From: Planctomycetota bacterium
GTDB lineage: Bacteria; Planctomycetota; PLA2
Length of the DNA stretch: 64,000 bases
Reading direction: 5' to 3'
Assembly: GCA_021776785.1 (NCBI GenBank)
Contig: JAJFFF010000044.1
Span: 282,230-346,229 of the forward strand
Made by a program: the position numbers and the translations under genes. Shown here piece after piece: positions 33,564-42,590 of this stretch; positions within the stretch are counted from its first letter, which is position 1, and each line of letters starts with the position of its first letter. The notes beneath the pieces were generated by a model. It worked only from the letters and a program-made list of their open reading frames with translations, was not told where the DNA came from and did not search any database.

Positions 33564-35804
33564 ATGAAACTTAAACTGAGAAAGCGCGAACGCGGGACGA
33601 TGCTCGTCGTCATCCTCTTCATCGCCAGCGCCATTGCAGCTCTAGCTGCGATGAGCTCTGGTCGTGTGGTAGCGGAGATGAACCAGCAGCGCACCCTCGA
33701 AGCGGAAACGCAAGCGTACAACCAGGCCTACGCCCAGCTTCAGATGGCTCTCAACGTTGTGAACAACAGCGCTTACGACGATGAGCTACGCAATCTCGAA
33801 CTGGCAGCGGCCATAAACGGCGACAACGGCGGCACCGCCGCCGGCGAAGACCAAGACGAAGTTCCGCTCTGGATGCAGGACCCGTCCGGCGTCACACACG
33901 GAATTGTTCGCGGCACAACCGTAAAGGTCTATCGCGGTCGCGATTACCTGAAGCGATTGCAGCTGCTGAAGGGCCAGACGGTCACGGAGCAGGATCCGAC
34001 CGACGTTTCGCGCTCTTACTTTGTAATCGAAGCGACGGGCCGCGAGAACTCGACGGTCCGCATGGTGTCGGCGCTGGTGCGCGAGAACGAGCCGTTCAGC
34101 TCCTTCGTGTTCTTCCAGAACCGTCACACACTCGGCGTCTCGGGCGCACCGCGCGGTCTCATCCACACCAACGATGAGCTCGCGTTCTACTTCCCGGACG
34201 GCGAGTACACAGACGGCGTCTCGGCCGTCAACGGTTTCGCTTACGAAGCCGGCGCGACCGAGGCCAACACCAACGTTCTCGACGGCAACCCGGACGCCAA
34301 ATCCATCGATCTCGACAGTGTCGATTTCGACAAGCTCAAGGGAGCTGCGGATCTGTTCGAGGGCACGGAGGGTCTCGATGCTGAGATCCGCCTGATTGCC
34401 GACGGCCGCGTTCGCATCCGCGAATACACGAAACCGCGTTGGGAAGAAGAAGATCGCGACTACACGTACACGGCGGTCATCGGCTACGAAACACGCACGG
34501 TGACCGAGACGCAGAGCGTTCAGGTCGGCACCGTGGAGGAGGAGCGCACGCGCCAAGTCCAGGTCGGCACGGAAACTGAAACCTACAACGTGACCGTCCA
34601 GGTCCAGGTGGGCACAGAAATCGAAACCTACACGGTTACGATCAACGAGCAGACCGGCACGGAGACTGTCGAACGTACGCGCGAAGTCCCGGTGTACGAG
34701 ACACGTATGGTGACGTGCACGCGCCGTGTGCGCGTGTTTGTTCCGTACGATGACGGTAGCGGCGGCACGGCCGTCGGTGGCGGCGCGGACGGCGTCCCCG
34801 GCGAATGGGTCTGGGTCGACGAAGAGTACGAGTGCGAAGAGACGTTCATCGCACGCTACGAGACCGAGACCTACACCGAAGAGGTGCCGGTCTACACCGA
34901 GCGCACCGAAGAGCGGACCCGCGAGGTTCCGATCTACGAGGACCGCGTCGAAGAGCGCACGCGTGAGGTCCCGATCTTTGAAGACGAGACCTACACCGTC
35001 GAAGTTCCTGTGTACGAAGACCAAGAGGTCGAGGTGGAGCGTGACTTCCCCATCACGGAAGAGCGCACCATCGAGTACACCGAGTGGGTCTACTACCCGC
35101 CGGAACGTCAGAGCACGACCTACAAAGACATCCCGGAGTCCGGCGGCACCGTCTACATCGACGGCCGCATCACGCGACTCTACGGCCAGCTCAAGGGTCG
35201 CCTCACGATCGTCGGTAACGAGCGCACTCGGATCACCGGCAACATTCAGTACGTCGATGGCGAAGGCGATACGGCCATGAAAAACGGCACGACGTATAGC
35301 GAGGCGTATGAGCGCAACCCTGACTATCAGGGCAGCAGCGTACTCGGCGTGATCTCGCGCGAAGACATCGTCTTCACAAGCAACATGTCGGGCTCGTCGG
35401 AAGTCAACGCCACGCTACTCGCGGTCAACGGCCGCGTCGGCATCGATGGTTTCCAGATCGATGAGAGTGGCGAGCCGATCAAGAACCACTATCACGGCAT
35501 GGAGTACGAAGAGCAGGTTGTCGAGTGGGGTTACGACTCCAGCTCGTACCGCAACCGTACGTTCCGCAAGGATTCACTCCGCCGCTTGGGTGGGATCGTC
35601 TCGAACGACCGCATCTTGGAGACGTTCATCGGCTCGCGCAACGACGGAACCGCGTATGTGGATTCTGGGTTCAAGCGCGGCGCGATGCGATACGACTTCA
35701 ACCTCTTGTTCAACCCTCCGCCCAACTTCGTAAACGTCCCCCGCCCCGTGGTGACGTCGATCGCGCCGGTTTACTTCGTGCGCAACGAGGCGGACGAAAG
35801 CTAA
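33564..35804 (+). CDS. PilX-N-like (type IV pilus minor pilin/pseudopilin-type) N-terminus fused to a large extracellular protein with Glu/Thr/Tyr/Val-rich tandem repeats
   Basis: KRERGTMLVVILFIASAIAALAAMS resembles the PilX_N segment (rqrGvaLivvLill...). The middle region has degenerate repeats ETYTVEVPVYE / ERTREVPIYED / TETETYNVTVQVQVGTE. The upstream 250 bp is unusually AT-rich for this genome. Confidence 0.6.
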   Translation: MKLKLRKRERGTMLVVILFIASAIAALAAMSSGRVVAEMNQQRTLEAETQAYNQAYAQLQMALNVVNNSAYDDELRNLELAAAINGDNGGTAAGEDQDEVPLWMQDPSGVTHGIVRGTTVKVYRGRDYLKRLQLLKGQTVTEQDPTDVSRSYFVIEATGRENSTVRMVSALVRENEPFSSFVFFQNRHTLGVSGAPRGLIHTNDELAFYFPDGEYTDGVSAVNGFAYEAGATEANTNVLDGNPDAKSIDLDSVDFDKLKGAADLFEGTEGLDAEIRLIADGRVRIREYTKPRWEEEDRDYTYTAVIGYETRTVTETQSVQVGTVEEERTRQVQVGTETETYNVTVQVQVGTEIETYTVTINEQTGTETVERTREVPVYETRMVTCTRRVRVFVPYDDGSGGTAVGGGADGVPGEWVWVDEEYECEETFIARYETETYTEEVPVYTERTEERTREVPIYEDRVEERTREVPIFEDETYTVEVPVYEDQEVEVERDFPITEERTIEYTEWVYYPPERQSTTYKDIPESGGTVYIDGRITRLYGQLKGRLTIVGNERTRITGNIQYVDGEGDTAMKNGTTYSEAYERNPDYQGSSVLGVISREDIVFTSNMSGSSEVNATLLAVNGRVGIDGFQIDESGEPIKNHYHGMEYEEQVVEWGYDSSSYRNRTFRKDSLRRLGGIVSNDRILETFIGSRNDGTAYVDSGFKRGAMRYDFNLLFNPPPNFVNVPRPVVTSIAPVYFVRNEADES

Positions 35805-35908
35805 CAGCGACGAAACCAAAAACTTTTCTCGCGACTCGGGGCGGCCATGATGGCCGCCCCGAGTTCATTTGAGCCGGGCTGGGGTGGACGAAGTATCATC
35901 GTCTCGCC

Positions 35909-36823
35909 ATGCTGCGAGTCTGCATTCCGCGCCCCCCGGGCGACGACTTCCTCCGCCATCTCGAATCGGAGCTCGCCGGATGCGCGCAGATCCGAGACGA
36001 CGACAAGGACGCCGCGATCTTGGTGGACGGGACGCCGCCCGACTTAGACGGCATGAACGAACTGCGGGCCGTAATCGTTCCTTATGCGGGCGTCCCGGCA
36101 CGCACACGCAAGCTGCTCACCACAAGGCCCGAAGTATCGCTCCACAACCTGCACCACAACGCGGTACCCACGGCGGAGACAGCGTTCGCACTGATGCTCG
36201 CGGCCGCCAAGCAGGTTGTTCCCATCGATCGTGCCCTACGCGCCGACGACTGGCGCCCCCGCTACGCGCCGACTCGGACTCGTTTGCTCGCGGGCGGCAA
36301 GGCGGTCGTGTTGGGCTTCGGCGCGATCGGTCACCACATCGGAACGCTCTGTCGCGGACTCGGAATGAGCGTCGTCGGCGTGACCCGCGCCCCAAAGCCG
36401 CCGTTCCCGCGTTGTCTGGACGACGCCGCGGCACTCTTTGTGTGCGTACCGTGGACCCCGCAGACCGAGAACATGGTGGACGGCGCGGCGCTGGCGACGC
36501 TACCGGATCACAGCATCGTCGTGAATGTCGCGCGCGGTCCGGTCATCGAGCAGGCAAGTTTGTTTCGAGAGCTAGAGAGTGGCCGTCTCGCCGCGGGTCT
36601 CGACGTGTGGTGGAACTACCCCAAGACGGAGGAGGATCGCGCCGCGCACGCACCCGCCGACTTCCCATTTGGCACGCTGGACAACGTCGTTCTCAGCCCG
36701 CATCGGGCCGGCCACTGCGAGGGGATCGAGCGCCTGCGCGCCCAACATCTCGCCACGCTGCTGCGCGCGGCCGCCGCGGGCGACGAGATTCCCAATCGCG
36801 TCGATCTCGAACGCGGGTACTAG
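35909..36823 (+). CDS. D-isomer-specific 2-hydroxyacid dehydrogenase family protein (NAD-binding)
   Basis: GKAVVLGFGAIGHHIGTLCRGLGMSVVGV (GxGxxG plus a downstream acidic residue). The catalytic RAGHCE-type pattern appears near the C-terminus. Confidence 0.8.
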   Translation: MLRVCIPRPPGDDFLRHLESELAGCAQIRDDDKDAAILVDGTPPDLDGMNELRAVIVPYAGVPARTRKLLTTRPEVSLHNLHHNAVPTAETAFALMLAAAKQVVPIDRALRADDWRPRYAPTRTRLLAGGKAVVLGFGAIGHHIGTLCRGLGMSVVGVTRAPKPPFPRCLDDAAALFVCVPWTPQTENMVDGAALATLPDHSIVVNVARGPVIEQASLFRELESGRLAAGLDVWWNYPKTEEDRAAHAPADFPFGTLDNVVLSPHRAGHCEGIERLRAQHLATLLRAAAAGDEIPNRVDLERGY

Positions 36824-36828
36824 GTCTG

Positions 36829-39222
36829 CTACTTCGTCGGCAAGCGCCAGGCGAAATCGAACCAGCCCGCGGCGTGCACCGCTTCCGCACCCTTCGTTAG
36901 CACCGACGCGTCGAACACGGTGTAGTCGGGATATCCGATTCCGGAAACGAACGGCGCGAGAACGTAGCTCAATCGCGCTCCGGCGATACCGGTCGCACCG
37001 AAGACGCCTACCAACGTTTGATCCTCGCCGCGACGCGGATACACAAACGCGCATGCGAGCCCGGCCCCGGTCCACGCGCGCTTCCCCAGCGTGATTTTGT
37101 TCTCCGTCACGTCGAACGGGCAGTCCCGCGGGAGCACGGCGGCGAACGCGCTGTTGATCATCCGGTTGCCGTACAAGATCACGTTGCGGTCGGCGTAGTT
37201 GCCGGCTAAGAACTGAACGTCGCTCACCACGGCGCAATCGCCGTTACCGCGATACCACCAACGCTGCTGGTCGTAGCGGGCTCGCGCCAACGCCTCGCGA
37301 TCATCCTCGCCATACACGAGCACAAAACGGTGCGCAAACACGCGTTTGAGCGGGCCGCACCGATCGGCGCTCTTCTCGGCTACGGGCGGCTCGGCCACGG
37401 TCCATCCGAGATTCGTTCGCAGAAATGTCGCGCCGGAACGCGCGCGCACCACTTCGCCGTCGATAACGAACTTGCGCGGTGCGCCGCGCAACATCGAGGC
37501 AAACGAGCGGAGGTTTGTCGTCGTGATCCGGACGCCGGTGGCGTCGCGCTCGGCGGTGATCCCGACCGGAACGCCGGGAACCTGCGCCTGCACGAGACGG
37601 ATCCAGTAGTGTTCCGGGTCCGTCGCCGGATCCACCGTGCGATACGCGATTCGATCGGGCTCTTTACGCGGCGCGTCCGATAAGACGTTGCGGAAAAACG
37701 TCCACATCGGCGCCCAATCGACGCAGTCCGCCCCCTTGGCCTCTTTGTTCTTATCCCACCAGTGCTTCACGCCGGGCTCGAAGTGTGCCACCACGCGCCC
37801 GCCCGCCTCGGCAATCACTTTCTGCATGTCCTTGCCTTCGCGCGCAGGGACATTGTCATCGTCGGCGCCGTGCAGGATGTACACGGGCGTTTGCACGAGG
37901 TTGCTCAAGTAGTCGAGTGTGTTCGACGAGCCATCCGCGCCCCGCCACGGCTCGACGCCAGCCGACGGCGGCCGTCCGACGTACGAATCAAACGAACACC
38001 AACCCGCACTCGGCCCAGCCGCGACAAACCCATCCGGATCGAGTGCCGCAAGGTGCCAAGTTCCGTGCCCGCCCATCGAGTGACCGGTAAGAAACACGCG
38101 CGAGCTGGAAATTCCGGTGCGCAGAAGAACTTGCGTAAGCGCTTCGTACGCGTCGATGCGACCCCAATCCTGCCAGTCGAATCCAAAACGACGGCGGTTG
38201 GTGGGACACACCAGATAGAAGTCTGGTTTCGGACCGTACGAGCGCGCCTGTCCGAATGCGTCGACGCCGGCGCCGTGCAGGGACAGCGCGATCGAAGCGT
38301 CGTCAATCTCGCCCGTCGGCAAGATCTCGGAGTACTGCTGAAGCGACGCATCAATAAACGAGAGATAGGTGCGGCGTCGCGGACCGGCGGGGTCACGCAC
38401 GGCGAGCACAAACTCGCGCGTGGCGTCGTTGACCTGGACCGTGAACTTTTGCTCGCCGATTTTTTTGGGCGCGGGTCCGGCCAGCCCGACCCACACTTTG
38501 CGCAGGCCAAGCGGTGCGAGGCCGCCGTGAAAAGGCCGTTCAAACTCGCCGTAGCTGGTCGTGAGTTCCGGAATCGTCTCCTGCGAAGCATTGACCACAA
38601 CGGCACCCAACCGCGTGTCGACGGCTTCCCCAACGCCCAAGTCGGGCTTGGTCGCGTCCGCCGCCAAGATGTTTAAGCCGGGGGCACAGGTGGTAAGCCT
38701 TAGCTGAAAGCGACCGCGAACGCCGCGCACAAAGATATGGTTGGTCCCCTTGCGCAGCGCCACGGGAATGCCGACTCCGTTGCCGCCGTAAACATCGCCG
38801 GAGTGAGCATCGCCGTTGACGCACAGCGTGGCGCCGCCCGGCACGCTGGCCAGGACAATCTGCGCTCGGTCGCTAGAGTAGGCGGTGTACGCGTACGCGA
38901 TCTTGCCGGCCACCCAGCCCTTCTCATTCGGTGCGATCGCCGTCCACACCGACGGCGCTTTGTTCGTCCCTTGAACCGACTCGCCGGCGCGCGGCGGCGG
39001 CGCGGAACGATCGAGCAAGTACCGCAAGAACACGGCGTCGGGGTTAAACGGCTGTCGCCCGCGCGCGTCCACCGGCGCAAGGACCAGCCATTCCTGAGGC
39101 GCGGTCAATCGTTCGGGCTTTGCGGCGGGTTCGCCCTGACCGCGCACCGGGCCTGCCGTCAAGACCAAGGATCCAACCAGCCCGACGCACGCCGCGAACA
39201 AAACGCGGACTCGACTCAGCAT
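36829..39222 (-). CDS. Secreted alpha/beta-hydrolase (prolyl-oligopeptidase S9-like/esterase)
   Basis: Start 39222 gives MLSRVRVLFAACVGLVGSLVLTAGPVRGQ (signal peptide). The nucleophile elbow is TGHSMGGHGTWHLAA, with a downstream D and H. A terminator hairpin at 39289-39326 lies upstream of this start, which argues against the longer track ORF (39312). Confidence 0.7.
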   Translation of the reverse strand: MLSRVRVLFAACVGLVGSLVLTAGPVRGQGEPAAKPERLTAPQEWLVLAPVDARGRQPFNPDAVFLRYLLDRSAPPPRAGESVQGTNKAPSVWTAIAPNEKGWVAGKIAYAYTAYSSDRAQIVLASVPGGATLCVNGDAHSGDVYGGNGVGIPVALRKGTNHIFVRGVRGRFQLRLTTCAPGLNILAADATKPDLGVGEAVDTRLGAVVVNASQETIPELTTSYGEFERPFHGGLAPLGLRKVWVGLAGPAPKKIGEQKFTVQVNDATREFVLAVRDPAGPRRRTYLSFIDASLQQYSEILPTGEIDDASIALSLHGAGVDAFGQARSYGPKPDFYLVCPTNRRRFGFDWQDWGRIDAYEALTQVLLRTGISSSRVFLTGHSMGGHGTWHLAALDPDGFVAAGPSAGWCSFDSYVGRPPSAGVEPWRGADGSSNTLDYLSNLVQTPVYILHGADDDNVPAREGKDMQKVIAEAGGRVVAHFEPGVKHWWDKNKEAKGADCVDWAPMWTFFRNVLSDAPRKEPDRIAYRTVDPATDPEHYWIRLVQAQVPGVPVGITAERDATGVRITTTNLRSFASMLRGAPRKFVIDGEVVRARSGATFLRTNLGWTVAEPPVAEKSADRCGPLKRVFAHRFVLVYGEDDREALARARYDQQRWWYRGNGDCAVVSDVQFLAGNYADRNVILYGNRMINSAFAAVLPRDCPFDVTENKITLGKRAWTGAGLACAFVYPRRGEDQTLVGVFGATGIAGARLSYVLAPFVSGIGYPDYTVFDASVLTKGAEAVHAAGWFDFAWRLPTK

Positions 39223-39288
39223 TGTTTTCTTCACGAGCGCGAGGATACCGCAACCCTTGCGCGCGGGCGCGACACACGCAGCGTGCCC

Positions 39289-39326
39289 ACGAAAAAAAGG
39301 CGCGCACGGCAAGAACCATGCGCGCC
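39289..39326 (-). terminator. Rho-independent terminator following the DUF255-like gene
   Basis: On the minus strand, aggcgcgcatggttcttgccgtgcgcgcct is followed by a T7 run. Confidence 0.5.
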
Positions 39327-39372
39327 TGATCTGTCCCCACGCGGCCCCGCGAGGGGGCGCATTGTCACTTCG

Positions 39373-40359
39373 TTAGCCAGAGGTTGCGATCGCAATCGCG
39401 CCTTCTCCCGGCTGCACTTTGCTTTTCACGCCGTCCTTGTCGGACTGCGCGTCCTTCGGCAGCAGACCGCCGTGCTTCTTGCGCAAGCGCTCCAGCATTT
39501 TCTCCGGATTCTCTGGCGCTTCGCCAATCGTGCCCTCGGTCGGTCCGCGACGCGTTCCGAAAAACGATCGGCCACGGCCGACGAAATCGGTGCTGTCGTA
39601 CCGTTCGATTTCAAGCAGCGGTCGCTTGGCGACAAAACGGTAGTCCGCCAGCGTGCGACGCTTGGCCCAGTCGCTGAGCGGGCCGCTAAACTCCCGTCGC
39701 TGCGCGTCGCGGATGCGAGCCTGCATGCGCTCGACGAGTCGGTCCGTGTCCGCGGTCGCCGGGGTCGCCGCCTTCTCCAACATCTGGATGGAGCCGAGCG
39801 CGAAGCGCAGTTCGTCGGCGAGCGTCTTCGGGCCGACGTAACCACTGAGCGCATGAACGATGCGACCGCGCGGCGTCAGAACGAGCAGCTGGACGTTCTT
39901 TTCGCCGTTGCCGCGAATGCACGTGCCCGCGGCCGACTTCGGTGCGTGCGCGAAACTCGAACCGGCATCGGGGTCGCCGTTTGTGTTAAGCCATGCACAC
40001 ACAAACTTGGTCTTGAGAAGGCGCGCGACATCGGGGTCTGAGAACGACACGGTCCTCAGGGTGTGCCCGGCGCTTCACGTCTTGCCGACGAGGTCGCCGA
40101 GCAAGCGCAAGTACACGATCGGGCGCGCGCGCCGCGGCGAGGACGCGAGCTTGCGGGCCTGCGCGAGCGGGTACCACTTGGTGCCGGCCCAAACCACGGG
40201 CTTAGCCGGAGTCGCGGTCGTCCGCGACGCCGACGTGGGCTGCGGGCAGTCTGCCGGCGCGTTCGATCGCGATTTCTTGGCAGACGGCGTCGCCAGAGCG
40301 GTCGCCGCACAAACGACGAGGCCCAAAGTAACGCGAGAGAGTTGGTGTCGGGTATGCAT
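39373..40359 (-). CDS. Secreted DUF255 (YyaL/SPATA20 N-terminal thioredoxin-like) protein with an in-frame TGA at the position of the first Cys of CxxC. Candidate selenoprotein, alternatively a disrupted gene.
   Basis: ATG at 40359 gives MHTRHQLSRVTLGLVVCAATALA (signal) ...KPVVWAGTKWYPLAQARKLASSPRRARPIVYLRLLGDLVGKT-[TGA 40077..40075]-SAGHTLRTVSFSDPDVARLLKTKFVCAWLNTNGDPD... This aligns with DUF255 nPVdWypW..AfekAr...KPIflsiGYstCHWCHvMe.eSFeDeevArlLNehFVsIKVD. The two track ORFs (40075..40494 and 39373..40050) are in the same frame, separated only by this TGA. Confidence 0.45.
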
Positions 40360-40460
40360 AGCAACGTGGATACGCGACCGACGAGCCGTTTGCTCCCGGC
40401 ACTTGCGAACCAGCTTCCGGTGCCCCGAAAATCGCCTGCATTCGCTATCATGCCGCGCAG

Positions 40461-40997
40461 ATGAGCGATCAGGGCCCAGGCGATTCCGCAACATTCGACT
40501 CCGCGCAGCAGTGGATCGACAGGCTCGATCTCGTTCCGCTCGATCCGGAGGGCGGGTATTACCGCGAGGTTTTTCGATCCGACGAATCCGTCGCCAAGCT
40601 CCCCTACCGCTATGCGGGCAAGCGCGACTACTACACGTCGATCTATTACCTCGTGACGCCCGAAAACTTCTCGACGCTGCACCGCCTCGCTACCGATGAG
40701 ATTTTTGTGGCCATTGCGGGCGACCCGGTCGAGATGCTTCAGCTCTTCGAAACCGGCGTCGGACGCACGATTCGCATCGGCAACTCCGGCGCCGCTGACG
40801 TCGAACCGCAGGTCTGCGTCCCGCGCCGCGTGTGGCAGGGGTTGTCACTTGCGGAAGGCGGCCGGTTTGCGCTCTTCGCCGTCTTCGTCGCACCGGGGTT
40901 TGATCCGATGGACTACGAGACCGGCAAACGCAGCGTGCTTACCGAAACGTACCCCGCATTCGCGGAACACATCGCACGTCTTACGCGGGAGCCCTAA
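40461..40997 (+). CDS. Cupin-domain protein (DUF985/cupin_5 family)
   Basis: LDPEGGYYREVFRS...YTSIYYLV...HRLATDEIF is typical of DUF985 cupins. Confidence 0.6.
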   Translation: MSDQGPGDSATFDSAQQWIDRLDLVPLDPEGGYYREVFRSDESVAKLPYRYAGKRDYYTSIYYLVTPENFSTLHRLATDEIFVAIAGDPVEMLQLFETGVGRTIRIGNSGAADVEPQVCVPRRVWQGLSLAEGGRFALFAVFVAPGFDPMDYETGKRSVLTETYPAFAEHIARLTREP

Positions 40998-41769
40998 ACA
41001 ACGCCCGCACCGGCTCCGCCAACGATCCGTTCGTTGTAATCAATCCGTGGACGCCCCCGTGCGTCACTTCACCCTTTCGATCAAACGCGCATCCGCCTGC
41101 CTCCAGCACAATCGGTAGGAGCGCCGTCGCATCCCAGATCGAGAGAATCGGATCGACCATGATCTCCGCGCGCCCCGTGGCGACCAACATGTGTCCGTAG
41201 CAGTCGCCCCATCCGCGCTGACGGCCGGTCGCCTGGTTGAGCAGGCTGTACTCGCGCTCGCAACCCGCCCTTTGAAATCCGCGCAACGATGTCGCACAAA
41301 ACAAAGCTTGGTCCAACGAATTTACGGACGAGACGCGCGCCGGAATCGGAGGCTCGTCCGCACTCTTCATCCAATGCGCGCCGCAGCCGCGCACGGCATA
41401 TATCGTTTCGCCCAATGCCGGCAAGAACACGACGCCGAGCTCCGCGCGACCGTCGACTTCGCACCCGATCAATACGCCAAAGAGCGGCACACCGTGCGCA
41501 AACGAGAGAGTCCCATCGATCGGATCGACAATCCAACGCCGCCCCGAACGGCCCTGGTGCTCGCCAAACTCCTCGCCAAGAAAAGCGTCGTCGGGCCACT
41601 CCGCGGCGATCGCACCACGAAGAAACTGCTCGATCTCTCGGTCCGCCTGCGTCACCACGGTCCCATCCGCCTTGTGATCGACGGCAAGTGCGGCGGAGCG
41701 AAAGTAACGCAACGCGATCGCACCCGCGCGGTGCGCCAGCTCGATCGATTTTTGAAGTGCCTTTTCCAT
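40981..41769 (-). CDS. Inositol monophosphatase-family protein (SuhB/HisN-like)
   Basis: WIVDPIDGTLSFAHGVPLFGVLIG (IMPase metal-binding motif) and WGDCYGHMLVATGRAEIMVDP..SIWDATAL. The start was chosen at 41769 (MEKALQK), forming a TGATG junction with the LOG gene stop. Confidence 0.8.
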   Translation of the reverse strand: MEKALQKSIELAHRAGAIALRYFRSAALAVDHKADGTVVTQADREIEQFLRGAIAAEWPDDAFLGEEFGEHQGRSGRRWIVDPIDGTLSFAHGVPLFGVLIGCEVDGRAELGVVFLPALGETIYAVRGCGAHWMKSADEPPIPARVSSVNSLDQALFCATSLRGFQRAGCEREYSLLNQATGRQRGWGDCYGHMLVATGRAEIMVDPILSIWDATALLPIVLEAGGCAFDRKGEVTHGGVHGLITTNGSLAEPVRALFRAPA

Positions 41770-42551
41770 CACTTGGTCATTGCACGCTCGCCAAGAATCC
41801 ACGACGGCTTCATCTTTTTTCCGTAGGTAAGCCCGAACTCGGCCATCCCGACCGATCGAATGCGCTCGACCGCCTCGTCGACGGAATCCGTCAACGTAAA
41901 CAGCGCGACGTCATCGTCGTCAATCGTTCCGGTGGGCACCATCGTCTCACGCCAATAGTCCACGAGCGGCTCCCAATAATCGCGGCCCAGCAAGACGAGC
42001 GGGAAGTTTTGGATCTTTTCGGTCTGGATCAACGTCGCCGTCTCGAACAGCTCGTCCAGCGTGCCGAACCCACCCGGGACTCCGACGAACGCATACGAAT
42101 ATTTTACGAGCATGACCTTGCGTACAAAAAACCGGTCGAAGTCGACGCACGTATCGAGGTAGGGGTTGGCGGCCTGCTCGTGCGGCAACCGGATGTTGCA
42201 CCCGACACTGCGCCCGCCCGCCTCCTTGGCGCCGCGGTTGGCCGCCTCCATCGCGCCCGGGCCGCCGCCGGTCATGACGGTGAATCCGGCTCGCGCCAGC
42301 GCGGCGCCGACCGCGCGGGCCAATTCGTAGTAGCGGTCGCCCTCCGGCAACCGCGCCGATCCGAACACGGTGACGCACGGCCCTACGAAGTGCAACTTGC
42401 GCGAAGCGCGCAAAAACGCCCACGCGACCTTCAACGCATGCAAAAGTTCGAAGCGGCGCGCTTGCGGTCCCTGCAGAAAGCGTCGTTCCTGCTGAAACGA
42501 TCGCTCGGTCGCGCGCCGAAATTTGTCTTGAGCGTGTCGATTTTGGGTCAC
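41769..42551 (-). CDS. LOG-family Rossmann-fold nucleotide-binding protein (TIGR00730; cytokinin riboside 5'-monophosphate phosphoribohydrolase-like)
   Basis: VFGSARLPEGDRYYELA...VMTGGGPGAMEAANRGA...PGGFGTLDELFE carries the LOG signature PGGxGTxxE. Confidence 0.8.
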   Translation of the reverse strand: MTQNRHAQDKFRRATERSFQQERRFLQGPQARRFELLHALKVAWAFLRASRKLHFVGPCVTVFGSARLPEGDRYYELARAVGAALARAGFTVMTGGGPGAMEAANRGAKEAGGRSVGCNIRLPHEQAANPYLDTCVDFDRFFVRKVMLVKYSYAFVGVPGGFGTLDELFETATLIQTEKIQNFPLVLLGRDYWEPLVDYWRETMVPTGTIDDDDVALFTLTDSVDEAVERIRSVGMAEFGLTYGKKMKPSWILGERAMTK

Positions 42552-42590
42552 ATTCTCTCCCGCTTGCGCACGTTACCGTAGCGTTACCGC

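Noticed and set aside
33786-35024. 412-aa minus-strand ORF opposite the PilX-like repeat protein
   Set aside because: Antisense of repetitive acidic-repeat DNA. The composition mirrors that (Val/Arg/Asp-rich) and there is no start context.
35869-36900. 343-aa plus-strand Arg-rich ORF overlapping the 2-hydroxyacid dehydrogenase gene in another frame
   Set aside because: Poly-Arg/Gly junk composition. The 35909 frame has the GxGxxG NAD-binding motif and family homology.
37762-40041. Plus-strand ORFs (304 aa and 434 aa) overlapping the S9-hydrolase and DUF255-like genes
   Set aside because: Antisense to genes with signal peptides, catalytic motifs and terminators. Arg-rich.
41289-42581. 430-aa plus-strand ORF across the IMPase and LOG genes
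   Set aside because: It spans two well-supported minus-strand genes. Arg/Pro-rich composition.
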